From: Saccostrea cucullata
Taxonomy: Eukaryota
Direction: 5' to 3'
Length of the DNA: 64,000 nt
NCBI RefSeq assembly: GCF_032062105.1
Contig: NW_026933663.1
Coordinates: 62,001-126,000, forward strand
The notes under the pieces were generated by a model. The model did not search any database. It worked only from the letters and a program-made list of their open reading frames with translations, and was not told the DNA's origin. Position numbers and translations under genes: made by a program. Below, one piece after another: positions 1-13,800 of this stretch. How positions within the stretch are numbered: position 1 is the first letter of the stretch; each line of letters begins with the position of its first letter.

Positions 1-134
1 CCAGAAAGCAGTCCCTGCTTTGGGACCGCTCTGGGACTGCTCCGGGACCGCTATGGGACGGCTCCAAAAAGCAGACCCAGCAGTCCCAGCTGTCCCAGGG
101 ACTGCTTTCTGGGACTGCTTTTTTCACTCATGTG
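1..134. mobile_element. Right end of a probable EnSpm/CACTA-type non-autonomous element with GGGACTGCT subterminal repeats
   Basis: Repeated GGGAC(T/C)GCT units in both orientations ending in ...TTTTTTCACTCATGTG. The same unit recurs as a tandem cluster at 1437-1510. The left end is outside the window. Confidence 0.5.
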
Positions 135-1436
135 TGAAAGATGTTCTGATTGACATGATAGTTCCGCCCCCTTGCATATTCTGAATTTGCAGACTCACAG
201 TTGTTTTGTTTACTAGCAGCAGAGAGGAGTTTAAACTATTAAAAAGGCAAAGATTTCTTACAATCTTTTTGATAAGAAGAGATTTTTATAAATAAGTAAT
301 ATTTTCGGAGACTGTATATTTACACAAATCTAGTTAAGAATTTTTTTTTTAATAAAGTTGTTCTATAAGGAAGTCAGGAGAAGATTTTTATCCCTAAAAA
401 TAAACTACATGTTTATGAAGAAAAATATCTACATGTAGGCCTATTTTATTATTTAATGTAAAATTATGTGCACACATAGTTTGCATTGGCACTGTTCAAA
501 AATACTCATTAGAGTTAAATATAAGATTTTTAATTGAAAAGCTACATTTTTTAGAGTACCATGCTAAAAAAAGTATTCCATGCAACCTCCAAAAGTCTAA
601 CAATTTATTAAATAACCATGAAATAAAATTATGCTACTGCTACCATTCTTCCATAACTTGAACAATGTGAAAGTGAAACAATGTGAATAATCATTTGTGA
701 ATTTTTCAATGAATTACCGGTAGATTTTAATTAATAAACAAATTATCAAAAGGGTACATTTATTTTGAAAATACCGGGAATTGTGATTTATTTATTTATT
801 TTTTTTTTTGCTGATGTTTATCTGGCCGATTAATGTTTATAAAATGGTATCAACACCCGCGGCTTCAATCGCCTTAGGGCAGAAAATCAGTGCATGTTAT
901 TTGGGTATACGTATCAGCGTTTCACATCATTGAACATGCTGGTCAACAATGACCCTAATTTCAATCTACCGGTATGCAATGTACAAATAAAATTGATGAA
1001 TGAAATGTGTGTGATATCTTTCAGGATTAATCAATTTTGAATAAAATCTTAGGGTTCCATGCTGGTGATTTACAGATGTACATTCTAACATTTACAAATA
1101 AAATACTGAGTAATTTAATGATAGAGAAATTAACAATTAAATTGACATGTCAGTAAAAATAAGCATGACTGAAAAATAATGCTTGGCAAAATTTAACAAA
1201 GAATTTTCTAAAAGTCCCAATACTTAAGAAAATTCCTTTTGAGTATCCCGATAGTATGGAAATATTATTTCAATTTTTTTATGCGCGTACTATTCATAAA
1301 TGACCTTCGCATACATTTGAGGATTCCTGGCAAAATCAATTTCTTCTGCCTTTTATAGTTCCATTATTTAGTGCAAATCTCATTTCTGAGTTAGCTCCGC
1401 AAAATAAATTAATAAACCCCGCCCACTAAGACTGTT

Positions 1437-1510
1437 GGGACTGCTTTCTGGAACTGCTAGGACTGCTGGGACTGCTCTGGGACTGCTGTGGCACTGCTCT
1501 GGGACTGCTT
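1437..1510. repeat. Tandem cluster of GGGACTGCT units
   Basis: About 7 degenerate copies of the unit seen at 1-134. Confidence 0.75.
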
Positions 1511-2123
1511 TATGGTGTCAGGCTGGGTCTGGTCGGTATGGCATTCAGATCCGAAAACTCAATACGTTTTGATTCCATGTCTAATGCATGTTCATTTTGG
1601 GTAGCAGTTCATGCAAACAACTTTTCATAAAATTGTAAACTAATAAATATCTGAGGAGTAATTAAAATAAACCTAATAACAACCACTAAGAAAAATTATA
1701 AAGCGAATTTTTAACACTTTTATTGATAACTTTAATGTTTGTTATCAGTAAAGAAATATTTCATCAAGGCAATGAAAAAAAAAACAACGCCTCAATTCCC
1801 CATGTGCACATTCTACACAGACAACAATTCTTTCGGGTCTCACAGAGCAAACATAAATTTTGCCATTATAACCATGAGGAAGGGGGATATCATCTTGTGA
1901 GCTCATAGCTCATGTGTGCAGTACAAACCTCTAGTTTTGACGGTGTATGGTTTATTTAAATACTTTACGGATACATGTGCGAACTATATGTATAATAAAA
2001 AGGCATTGTTTTCAAATATTTTTTCATATTTAATATGAAATTATAAATGTTCTGATTTTCGTATCAAACGCTCTAAACATAAACACAGAACAGAGTAAAA
2101 GGATGGAATAAAACAAGATTTAA

Positions 2124-2500
2124 ACTAGAGGTACTGTGATCAATGAGCTCACTAAGTGATCCCCCAGCCTCCCATATGATTATACTGGCAAAGTCCATGC
2201 TTTTCTCTGAGGTCACGAAATGAACATCAGATCATAGAGTAAAATAGGAGGTGCACAATGACATTGTGTAATAAAAAATCTGTTAAACTATCATTACATT
2301 TTATTCATTAATATATGCCCGATGAAAATTAAAGTAAAGTAGAAGATGCACAATGGCACTATGTAAAAAAGATTCTGCATCTGATAGTCTCATTAAATTT
2401 CATAGAGCGGTAGCAGAGGAGTTGTGGAATAGAGATGTATAACTCAAAGCGTAACAGACGGACGGACATACCGATCACTATTAGTCGAGATGGGGTATAA
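2124..2500 (+). mobile_element. Degenerate Helentron/HINE (pearl-like) non-autonomous element
   Basis: Starts AACTAGAGGTACTGTGATCAATGAGCTCACT and has a GACGGACG microsatellite near its end. Related ends occur at 1880-1935 and 62568-62881. Confidence 0.55.
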
Positions 2501-5299
2501 TGCTAGTAATATATAATATTGCTACATTTTTCTGTCAGTCCGATGATTCTTCATCATCGAAAAACTATGTTCACCTAGCCCTTTGGTCTCGATGAAACTT
2601 TAACTCCTCTAGATTCTGAATCATCACAAGGACCTTACAATAGCAATAATTGTATAATTTGATGAGATCAAGAAACCATCGATTTATTCCCAGTATAGCG
2701 CAGGTGAGCATTTTTGCCAATAGGTCTCTTTATTTATATTATTTGATTTTGCCCCCTTAAAAATTTAACTTTAATCCACAAGGGGATCATTATTTATTCT
2801 ACGGGGGTCATTATTCGTCTTTAAACCGGCGACAAAATGCACCTCTATTCAACCTTACTACTTAACATATTTTTGTTCGTTGTAACATATTGTTTCCATA
2901 TAAATGCGTTTTGTTTTAAATTAAGCAATTACGTGAAGGCGGTCAATGTTTTTAAGCAAGACTCTGAGATTTGTGATTTACACATCGATAATTATATTAC
3001 ACTGTATTCCCAAAACTTCCAAACATAATCTTTATGTGACCAATAATGGTAGGGAGACAAAATATGTGCAACGATGCTAACCTTATTGTCGCCGAAGGAA
3101 ATACGTATTTGTAAAATATTTTTCTTGTGATGGGCAGGAAAGCAAATGTACAACAAAATATATGCAGCGTAGGTAGAACATTTGTAGCTTTTTGCAACAC
3201 ATAAAAAATCACGATACTTTTTGTCAAATAACCATGAATTGGCACGTATCTTACCTAGACACATATCTACCGATAGAACTGCAGTATTTCCAATGGGTCG
3301 TGTTTTGCTTTCTTAAAATTTGAAAAGGAGTAAGTTATTTTATCACTGATCATTATTTTTCTCATTTTCATCAGAGTTTTTATTTTTTTTTAGAAAATTA
3401 GAACCAAAGCTTGTGGTACATAATTTTGTACTTCGAAATTACTAAATCATTTTAGTAAATTTCTCTTTTGTTTATTCATTAATAGAAATGTGATATGCTG
3501 TATAATTGTTGTGCAATTGTATTTGGAAAATGATTTGTATTCATTATTTTAGAAATTTATACAAACAAGTCATTGCTTAAAATCATTGTATAAAAATCTT
3601 TTGTTGTACATGTATCTCAAATATTGTACAACACCATTAAATGTGTATGAACTTCAATAAATTGATTTTAATTTTTTTTAATTTTACTACTGAGAAAGTA
3701 CTCTTTTACATTGGGAGCATAATGATTTGATATTTTTTCATACTTTGATAGCCAGACTTAAGGATTGTTTGATTGTGTGATTTTTATCGACTGAGGTGGT
3801 TGCAACTGAGATTTGAACTCCCGACCTCCCGATTACGACTGAGCTACCGTAAACGGTCCAGGCGTATGAGATTAATTACGCCTCATACTCTTGGGCATCT
3901 ATCCTGTAGCCCAAATCAGGCTGATTAATTTCTGTTACTCTTAATCATACTAAAAGGATTAAATTACACTCATTAATTCTTCCCACAAAGTCTAGACCAA
4001 TATTACATTATATTTCAATCCTTCATAATTGATTTAAAGCATTTACTAGATTTTATTTGATACAATTGGTGACTTAATGCAATGATATTGAAAGTTAAAA
4101 ATCTTAAACAAATACCCGCTTTTACCATTTGGACAAAAAAGCAATAAAACCAATTTTTTAAAGAGGATGCTGTGTATGTCAGTTTTATCTATAAATGCTA
4201 TCAAAACATCAATGTTTAACTCATTCCATCACTATTATCAAAGGTACATGTATTATAACAATTGGTAGTTTAGATATTTCGAACTTTGTATTCCTTGTAG
4301 TGCATCCATAGTTATTGATTTCTTTCAAGCATCTTTTTAAAAGCCTTTATCTAGTTAGCTGCATATGGATACTTATCAGACACAATCATCTCTATACTGA
4401 ATCGGTAAGTACATGTATGCTTTTTTTCAAGATAAATTTTAGAAAAATATTTTCCTCTCTATTACATTAAAAAAATGTTTGTTCAAACGTAATATTAAGG
4501 ATATTTTCACAGAATTCAATTTGAAATCATATGGAAAAAATCCGGATATCTATATTAAATTTGATATAATTTTAAAGAAAAGGCCAAAAACATACAAACT
4601 ACCATTTTGTGAGAGACTGTAGGCATTTCCTTTGTCTGATATTGATATAAAAAGAGTCTTTTATTCATAACTAGTTTTCTTCATTTTTCATTTAAAATGA
4701 CAGTTTAAAATATGAGTTTTGTCTTGTTTATCTAAAACACATGCCTCAAATTTCGTATTTGACCAAGCTAAACTTTTAAAGCATCATACAGAGATTCATT
4801 TCTCAAATTTCATAAATCTATAGGCTTCTTTCATTTACTAGATATTGACATAAAATGTCTGAGGGAATTTTAATTAAATCAGTGTATTATTATGTGAAGT
4901 CAAATCACATATAAATTGGATTGGACATCAGAAATGGTCTTTATATGTCCTCATTCTGTCTGAAGGTATAGATATTATGAAAAGTTATGAAATAACCAAT
5001 TTGTTCCATCAATTTGATAATAATAATTTAGTTTACCAATTATTCATATCCAATCAAATTCACTCTTTCTTATTATTGATTTTTTACTGAAAAAAAAATA
5101 ACGAGAAGTAAAATATTTCTCCATGTTTTAAATACAAAGATATGCATTTGTTCAAATAAATTTCATTATAGATTTGAATTCGTTCCTTCAGTTTTAAATA
5201 TATAATTCTTATTTTCAAACTAATACTTTTGGATACTGAAATACTGCTTATTATTACGCTAGTCATAATTAATTTTAAAAATGAATGTGTCCTACATTG

Positions 5300-5536
5300 T
5301 ACCGGTAGAGTGGAGTCGATCCTTACGTTGCGGGTTCAAATCCTGCTGTGGGACGTGGAGACTGGTCCTTTAGGCCTTGTGTCGAGGTAGATACTCTCAT
5401 TAAATGATCCCACACTGCTCAATGGACATAAGAATCGATGAGTGTAGGTCAAAATTTCTCCAACCGTAAATGGTGGTATCTCTATGTGAGTGAAAAATCC
5501 TTGAGTAGGACATTAAACAACAAACAAAAAAATCAA
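5300..5536 (+). mobile_element. tRNA-derived SINE
   Basis: B-box GGGTTCAAATCC at 5332-5343; tail ...GAGTGAAAAATCCTTGAGTAGGACATTAAACAACAAACAA. Homologous copies lie on the minus strand at ~8633-8870 and ~17595-17800. Confidence 0.7.
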
Positions 5537-5639
5537 TTTGAATCTAAAACAGGTTTCTGTTATTATATTGAAACATGTTTTGGGGTTGGTGGGAGTTACA
5601 TTCATATACAATTAAATAAACTTTTACTTTATTTTCAGT

Positions 5640-6782
5640 ATGATGGCTAGCGCAAATGTTCGAAGTTTTGTGAAAGACGTAGAAAATATGTGTGAATGTA
5701 ACATTTGCTTTATCGAATATGACGAAAACAAACACGTCCCTAGAGTTTTACCATGTCAGCACACATTTTGCACGGAATGTTTAACTAAGCATTGTAAAGA
5801 ACAAACGCTAAAGTGTCCTGTGTGTAACCGAGAACACTTCACGAAAAATGGGGATGTGGAGACATTCCCAAAAGATAATACCCGTCGTGACTTAAAGGAA
5901 TTATTAGAAAGATTCATGCACTCATTGTGTGGCGTCTGTCGACGTCATGATCACGTGAGATACTTTTGTATCACGTGTAACATTCGAATTTGTCGAGAGT
6001 GTTATAAAGAAAAGAAGTCAAGTGATTGCAATACGCATGATTTTGAAAAGCCTGAAGATCCATCTGCGACTCCGGATACGTCCTTGAAATCTATATATAA
6101 TCAATCAAAAGCGAGATGTTTGCTTCCGGATCATGAGCATAACGAGTTAAAATATTACTGCGCAGAAAAGATGTGTTGCAAAGCGGTGTGTGCTAATTGT
6201 ATTGTGGAGAAGCACAGGGAGCACGCCTACTGTTCCATTGAAGATGGGTATGTCAAGTGTAAAAAGGCTCTACAAGGTACCTGTCATGCAACAAAAAGCA
6301 AAATCGATAGAACAAAGAGGCTTTTAGAAAATGTAGAAAAAGAAATCACATCGCTGCCAGAAAGTGAGAGGAAAATCAAGGAAAGCCTTACTGCCGAAGC
6401 AAATAGAGGCATTATGTACATTCAAGACTATGTAGAGAATGCCAAAAAGAAGATGAAGGAAACTGCACTGAAAAAGCTATCTACTTTGAAGAAAAAGAAA
6501 CAAATAATGCAAACTTTTATTGATAATGCTTCTGAATGCTGTGCCATTTCGAATGAGGCTTTGTTAGAAAATAATTGTATGAAATTTTTGTCGGTCGAGA
6601 AGACTTTGACAGAAAAACTGAATTATTTCAAACAGTCAGAGGTTGATCATCCTTTAGATCCAATGATGAGAGAAAATATGGACCTGCGGCGCCCCGTTCT
6701 CGAGCTAACAGAGAGAATTAACAGAATGACAAGCGATGAAGAAACAGCTGAAAGATCGAATTTAATTCCTACTACTGTATAA
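5640..6782 (+). CDS. TRIM-family E3 ubiquitin ligase (RING - B-box - B-box - coiled coil), 380 aa
   Basis: C3HC4 RING CNIC...PRVLPCQHTFCTEC...CPVC; B-box CGVC...FCITCNIRICREC; B-box CLLPDH...YYCAEKMCCKAVCANCIVEKHREH; long helical region. Splice acceptor TTTTCAG ends at 5638, just before the ATG, implying an upstream UTR exon. Confidence 0.93.
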   Translation: MMASANVRSFVKDVENMCECNICFIEYDENKHVPRVLPCQHTFCTECLTKHCKEQTLKCPVCNREHFTKNGDVETFPKDNTRRDLKELLERFMHSLCGVCRRHDHVRYFCITCNIRICRECYKEKKSSDCNTHDFEKPEDPSATPDTSLKSIYNQSKARCLLPDHEHNELKYYCAEKMCCKAVCANCIVEKHREHAYCSIEDGYVKCKKALQGTCHATKSKIDRTKRLLENVEKEITSLPESERKIKESLTAEANRGIMYIQDYVENAKKKMKETALKKLSTLKKKKQIMQTFIDNASECCAISNEALLENNCMKFLSVEKTLTEKLNYFKQSEVDHPLDPMMRENMDLRRPVLELTERINRMTSDEETAERSNLIPTTV

Positions 6783-7049
6783 CTTTTTTTGTAGACATTC
6801 CAAAGATTTTCCTCCGAGATGTCCATGGCACTTGTTCCCACCTCTGATGTTTTGGAAGATCGTGTTTGTTTTGTTCCTATTTTATATTGTTTGAATAGAC
6901 ATTGAGCTTGAATATTGTTTGTTATCCCCATATACAGGTATTTCATTTGTTTCGGAAAATGATAAGGTACACGCGGATACTTCATGTTTCGATAAAACTT
7001 TCTACGAATCGGGTGAGAGGCATTGAAAAGCATTTTGCCATTATCATGA

Positions 7050-7270
7050 TTATTTACACAATAAATTGTTGACGGATTTTTCCGTTATTTCATGATCAGG
7101 ACAAGGAGCACCCGGCGGGTGTGACCGGTCGGCAGGGGATGCTCACTTCTCCATGGCAACTGATTCCACCTCTGATGCTGTAGACGTCCGCCTTTGCACT
7201 GCTCTAATATTTGTGCTGTTTAATGACTTTTGAGCTTGAATACTGTTTGTTATCTCCATATATTTCATTT
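7050..7270 (+). mobile_element. 3' tail fragment of a Penelope-like retroelement
   Basis: GGGTGTGACCGGTCGGCAGGGGATGCTCAC...TGGCA.CTGAT.CCACCTCTG motif. At 49090-50450 the same tail is linked to RT C-terminal coding sequence. Further copies at ~6820-6945, 44040-44370, 46500-46880, 58515-58680 and 61360-61520. Confidence 0.65.
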
Positions 7271-8632
7271 TGTAATCATTTTTTCGGTGTAGCTAAAATA
7301 AACATTCGGGCATTTTCTAGAGTTTGGTTTCATTTTTATTGAGAAAAACAAAGGTACAAGTTTATTCGATAACAGAGATAAGAAAAACATCACATCAACG
7401 AATGAAAATGATTTCACAGTGCAAAATGTATCCGTTAGATGTTATATAGCTGTCAGTCATCGATCGTTTGAAAAGTCGAAAATTGTGAGAATAAAAATGA
7501 ATGTAAGAAAAATATCAAGAGCAGCAGTAACACAATTTTGTCAAATCAAAGTCAAATCAAGTCCAGGTGAGAAGAAATAGGTTAATTAACTCGTGGCTCC
7601 AAAACGATTATTGTGACAAATTGAAAAGAAAAAAAGTTCCATGCAGGATATTACATTTCTGTAAAGCGGATTATACGATCCATTCTTAATTAAATTGCTT
7701 GGGTGAGTAGCATCACTTCAAGTGTGTATACGTGTGCTTTGTCTCGGGGCTGTCACCTTAAAACATGATTTGTCAAATGAAAAAAAATCTTCATTCTGGG
7801 TAGGATGTTTAAAAATTACAGTCTTCTTCATAGGAAGTTTGTTCTTCTAATTAACATCTTACAAACAAACCATTAATTAAATCTATTGCCAAGAAGTTTT
7901 TCATCTTTTATTGCTGGAAATTACCTTCCGTAACAATTTATTTCTGTAGCAATAATTAATTCTATTTCGAATCTGCCTACGAAATGCCACATTTAGACAG
8001 ACATGTACACAAATTAAAAACTTAATTGTTGTGATCTAATGTTTTAACTCATAAATCTGAATGTCAGTAGATTAACTTTGCTCGGTACGTTGGCAAGGAA
8101 GTTAGCCAGTCCAGGTACATGTGTACTGCAGTTATAAGGAAAACCGCCTCATTGCAATCCTTGGTCCAGACATTACAAATCTACATGTACTGGTGAAAAA
8201 AATCATTTGGAACAATGTTCACAGCAAAAATTTTCCCTTGAAATTATGAGGTACTTTTCAACTTTCAAAAGTATACGCTGTTCAAGTGTTGAATGCTACA
8301 TGTACTTGCAAACAAAAGATTTCAAAATGTCCGTAACAAATTTGTGCTAATTGTTAGGCACTGTGGACTTTTGAGCTTGAATATAAATACTGTTCGTCAC
8401 CTCTATATATTTCACTTCATAAATTCACTATATGTATTTTCTAGTTTTATTCCTTGATTTAAAATCTCCTTACTTCAGGGCCGTAAATCTTTATGGAGGT
8501 CACTCTTGATCCTAGTCCTTTCCGCTATAAAAGTGAGCAGTCTAAATTCTTAATGGCCTGTTACTGCCCTTTAGAAGATTTCAGTTTTACATCAATAAAA
8601 CACTTTTACAGTGTTCAATGTTTCAACAAATA

Positions 8633-8870
8633 TTTTTGTTTGTTGTTAACCCCCCCCCCCCTCCAAGAATTCTTCACTCAGAGGGAGAAGCCACCACTTG
8701 CCGATGGGGAGCTGCAAATTTCGACTTAAAACTTGTCACTAAGTGACTTTGAACAGTTGGGGATCTTTTTCATGTCAACACCTTCTCTGCGACATGGGAC
8801 CTCTTTAAATACGGCCTCATCCAAAGGACTAATCTCCCCGTCCCTCAGTGTATTCCAGCCTGCAACGTTT
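8633..8870 (-). mobile_element. tRNA-derived SINE (same family as 5300-5536)
   Basis: Its reverse complement matches the body and (AAAC)n tail of the 5300-5536 copy. Confidence 0.65.
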
Positions 8871-10861
8871 TTCTGTTTTGTTTGTGTCTTAAGAATCATA
8901 TGTTTTAAAGAACTACCCGAATTTGACCAAAGATTTTTTCGGTTCTTTATTTATTGAACATGCATATCTAAGTATCAAGATTTACAGTAATAATTAGCAC
9001 AATGATACAACCTATATGGTCTAGTAAGAATCATTGCTGCATGCATGATTACATAATATGGCCAAGCTTCCCTACAAGTACTTCATATATAATGTAGTAA
9101 TAGACATGCATGTTCTATATTTGATTACATAAAAATATGGCACACCATTTTAATTGATATTTAGTAGCCTAGAAAGGAAAATTAATTTGAAAAAAAAATG
9201 AATATATGATCTCAAATTTTAACCCAAAATGAGATTTTAACAAAATCATACAAGAATACATTAACAGCCTTACATAGAAATGTATCATGAGTAATCTAAT
9301 AACAATCATAACATGAACTTAAATTTTAAAAAAATCAAATGATGCTGTATACAAATGACTTTTATTTTCATTAATAATTAGATTTTAAGACACTTATATC
9401 ATTGATGTGTCGACAGTTTTTGTTCAGCGTTAATTAACAGACAGAAGATGTTATTTGTATGACAAAAATGATATACAATTTTTATCTTTTCTTTAATCTT
9501 AATATCACATGAGCAGAATATTTTTTAGCAATGATTTAATTTTGTCATTAACTACAAGGGTTTTGATTTTGCAAAAAATGAATGTCAGCTCAATATCTAT
9601 TGTAGAGACTATCTTCATTGACAATAAAATTGCTACAATTTTTTCTTGCTAAAATTATATTCACATTTTGGGAAACAAATAGCTTAATTTGCGTCTAGAA
9701 AAAAATGACTTAAACAGTCTCTAATTCTATATTGTATCCATTAATGGCACCTCATATTGAATAAAATACTGTAAAACCAACTTATATTCACATGCAAAAA
9801 TTTTCTCAGATCTAAAAGGCTTGATCGCAAAAATTACTTTGTCGAAAACTAGTTTACCTCTAGTAAATCGCAAAATACAGTCGTCGCAAATAAAAGTTGA
9901 TTACATTTGTAACAGTATATGATTGTAAAATCCAAATCACACCCCATTTTGTTGTTAACAATAAAATGCACCTTTTTTTGCTTTTGCATTGCCATGTTTT
10001 AACATATACACACATGTACTGTACGTAGATAAAAAATAAAAAATCCCCTTTATAGAGAAGCATATTACACATCATACTGTGTTAAGTTTTAAAACACAAG
10101 AATTTTTGTATACTCACTACATTTTATAAAATGTACAGTGCAATAAAAATTCAAACATTTCAATGAAATGCCCACATGCTAGAGAGAGTATCTCAAGGAT
10201 ACAAACAATACTTATTAACTACATATATGTACCTTATTTACAATTGACAGAATCTAAAGAGAAGCTTCAATGTCAAGTTAAGTATATAGTTAAAAAAGAA
10301 TCAATAAACAAATAATAACATGATTGAAATGCTTTAATTACCACACACTTAAATTCTGTCCAAATAACAAGTACAGGTCATTCAATTAAAATAGGATCAA
10401 AATTCGTAAACTTTATGTAAATAATGATAATGAATGAAATGCAGAGACATAAAAAGAAGGACAGAGCTGCCAACATTATCAAATGAAAAGACCTGGGACC
10501 ACTTAACCCCTAACCCTAGATATTTCAGTTTTGATTTGCATAAGGTAAGATTGCAAAGTGTAGCACAGAAATGGACATCCACATATACACTTGCTCTGTA
10601 AGGACTAGAAATTTTTTAACAAAATAATCATGATAATGGAAGCTGATGGTGAAAAGCTATGAAAATACTGATTATTTCAAACTTCTGATGGATATATAGA
10701 TAAAATATAAGATAAGCATGCATTTATAACATTCAAATCATACGACAAATAGTAAGGTTTGTTAACTCTGTACTGGAGATTTCAGAGACAAAAAAATATT
10801 CCTCTGGTTTACATAGTGTCCCTGAAAGCAGGTTTAAAAGATACAGAAATTAAAAAAACAT

Positions 10862-13800
10862 TTACTCTAATGGCAGGAACCTTTCCCTAAAGCTCTCATT
10901 ATCTATATTGATAATGGCCCCTTCCTCTGTGAACGCGGCCACCTGTTGTTGGGGGTAGTTTCCGTGGGTCTCCGTTATAGGGATGGCTATGGTCTGTGGT
11001 AACTGCCCCTCCACCTCACTGGTGAATGACATGGTCACTGTGTTCAGCATGTTACTGGGGTCACCGTTTGGCTGGTACCCTAGGTCCTGTCCCAGGTTAT
11101 ACCCGGCACTGACCTGGGGTCGTGGTTTGGAGGTCCTCCGTTGTCGTGGCATTAGGTTGTCCTCGATGTGTGTTTTCATGTGTCTCTTCAGTTTGCCGTG
11201 TTCTTTAAAGGCTTTGGAGCAGAGCTGACATTGGAATGGTCTCTCATTTGTGTGGGTCCTGCAAATCAAAGTAGATAATGTCTATCATCTGTGTAATGGT
11301 ATTGATCAATAGTAATTCAGCCCCCCCACTCGCCATTCCATTGAAAATTGTACAAGGATGTTTGAGTTAAATTTAATTAACATGTATAAGTGACTGAAAT
11401 TGTTTACGAAAGGTGAATAATACCCTGGTATTTACAAAGCTTGAGGTTTTACCAGAAAAGATAACTTAAGAAACTTTGGAAAAATTTTTTTAGTTAAGAA
11501 AAGCTAATTTTTTTTCAATGACTTTTCTTTCTTACCTGAGATGAACAGTGTATTGTGAAGCTGATGGTATCTTCTTATTGCAGTAGGAGCAGGTGTAAAT
11601 TTTGCCGTATTTATTGTCGCTCAGTGTACCATTCAGGACGTGGCCCTTCATGTGGATTTTGTACGTCTCAGTATGTTTGAAGGCTTTCTGGCAGACATGA
11701 CACTGGAAGGACTTCTTTGTTCCATGAGTGATCTTGTGTTTTTTTAGATTTCCATACTTAAAAAATTATATGAAAAAACAAATTAACTAGCAGTGAAAAT
11801 GGTCACCGGAAAAAAATTTAACTCTGTTGCTTTTTAGATTTTCTTGAAAGTGATTTTGAGATTCCCATAAAAAATTGTGGTGCCCTATTATTTACTACAG
11901 TGGTACAGCCCAAATTTAAGAGTCTCTATATCTCCACAAAATGGTGCTGCTTTGATATAATTAATATTTATTGTGACCTTAGTTTGAAAAAAAAAATTTC
12001 TCTTGAAGAAGTTTCATCTTTTTCAGTTACATGTACTAGTCTATTAGATTTTTTAAGAGACTTTTTATAAATTAAATGTTTATTTTCATCACAATCCTTT
12101 GAAAAAAGCAAAATTATTATCAATTTATTATTCATAACCAGGTATTTCACTTTGACAAAAAAAATTTATAAAACAAGATTTTTGAGAGTACTGTATTAGC
12201 AGAAATAGTCCCCTACTAGCAAGTGTAATATGGATTTCATTAAAAATTGAAAACTCCAATTTCATCATGTTCACCATTACTCGCATTAGCAGAAAAATTA
12301 TAAACAATTTTTCTCATAGTTCCTTGGCATAAAACACAGTTCCTATTACTTTTTAATTTCATTTGTAGATATGAAATTAATATTAATTCTTAAATCAGAG
12401 TAACATGTTTGATGTTAATACATATTCATTTAGTTTAATGAGCTCCACCCACCTGCCTGAAGGACCGCCCACAAATCTCACACACAAAAGGCATGGCTCC
12501 CGAATGAATATTCATGTGGACCGTGAGGGCGGTGCTTCCAGAGAGGTATTTCCCGCACACTTCACACTGGTACTCCTTCGTCTTCTCATGCGTGTGTAAC
12601 TTCCTGTGCGTGGTCAGCGTATCGCTCTGCTTGAATGCTTTGCCGCAAATATCACAAACATAGTCGCGAATGTTACTATGAACAAATCGTTTGTGCTTAT
12701 GCAAGCTGTTCTGATGTTTGAACGTCTGTTCACAAATATCGCACTGGATCCGTTCATGAGTGAAATGGATTTTGTAATGGGAACACAAGTTCTTCTTGTT
12801 TTTATACACCTTCTGGCACAAGTTACAGGGAAGCTCCAGGTCAGGTTTATGAAAATCCACCTTCCTGGTCCACTGGAGGTTCTGCTTGAACGATCGCTCA
12901 CAGCTGTGCATGGCTAGGAGATAGAACATGCTGTACGCCTGTTTACACTGGTAACACACAAACTTGTTACTAGCACACTGTTTACACAGCCCCTGCTGGT
13001 TACACTGGACTGTTACCCTTTCACAGTTCCTACATGCCCCGGAGCTTGTCCCTCCCTCCTCTCCATCAATTTCTCCTTTACCCTGACCCTCACACCTGTG
13101 TTTTAGGTACATCCTTTCCGAATGAAAAGTTTGGTCACAATTCTTACAGCTCAATTGTTCTGGACTTGGTTCCTTGGATTTTTTGGCGTGAGGCACCCTT
13201 TCTGAATTACAAATCTTCATATGTTTCCCGAGCGTCCCATTCTCTTTGAAAGTTTTTCCACACGTAGAGCACATGAAGTCGCGGTTGTCATTGTTGCAGA
13301 TTTTCGAATGTCTCAACAAAGTTGTCTTTTCTTTGAAACATTTCCCACATAATGAACACATATGCTCTCGCTCATCACTGTGAGCAAACCGCTTGTGCTT
13401 CTTTAACTTACTGCTGTCTTTGTAATACTTAAAGCAAATATTACACTGAAACCTGGTATCACTGTAATGTAGCTTATAATGAGCACAGAGATTCTTTTTA
13501 CTCTTAAAATGCTTAAAGCACATATTACACGTGAGTCCGCCTTCTAGTGTCTCAAAGTCTATAGACAGAATGTCCTCCATGTTCTTCGGATAGGATTTCC
13601 TACAGTCGTGCATGGCCAGGATGTAGAACATCTTGTACCTCTGTTGACACTGTTTACAGGAGAACTCATTTCCACAGCATTCCTCACACAGCAGGGAGCC
13701 TCCTCCCTCTCCCAACTCTTCGCCTTGTATCGGCTTCTCACAGTTAATGCACGTCTCATTCAAACTCTCCCCTCCCTCTTCTCCGTTCTGTTCATCCTCC

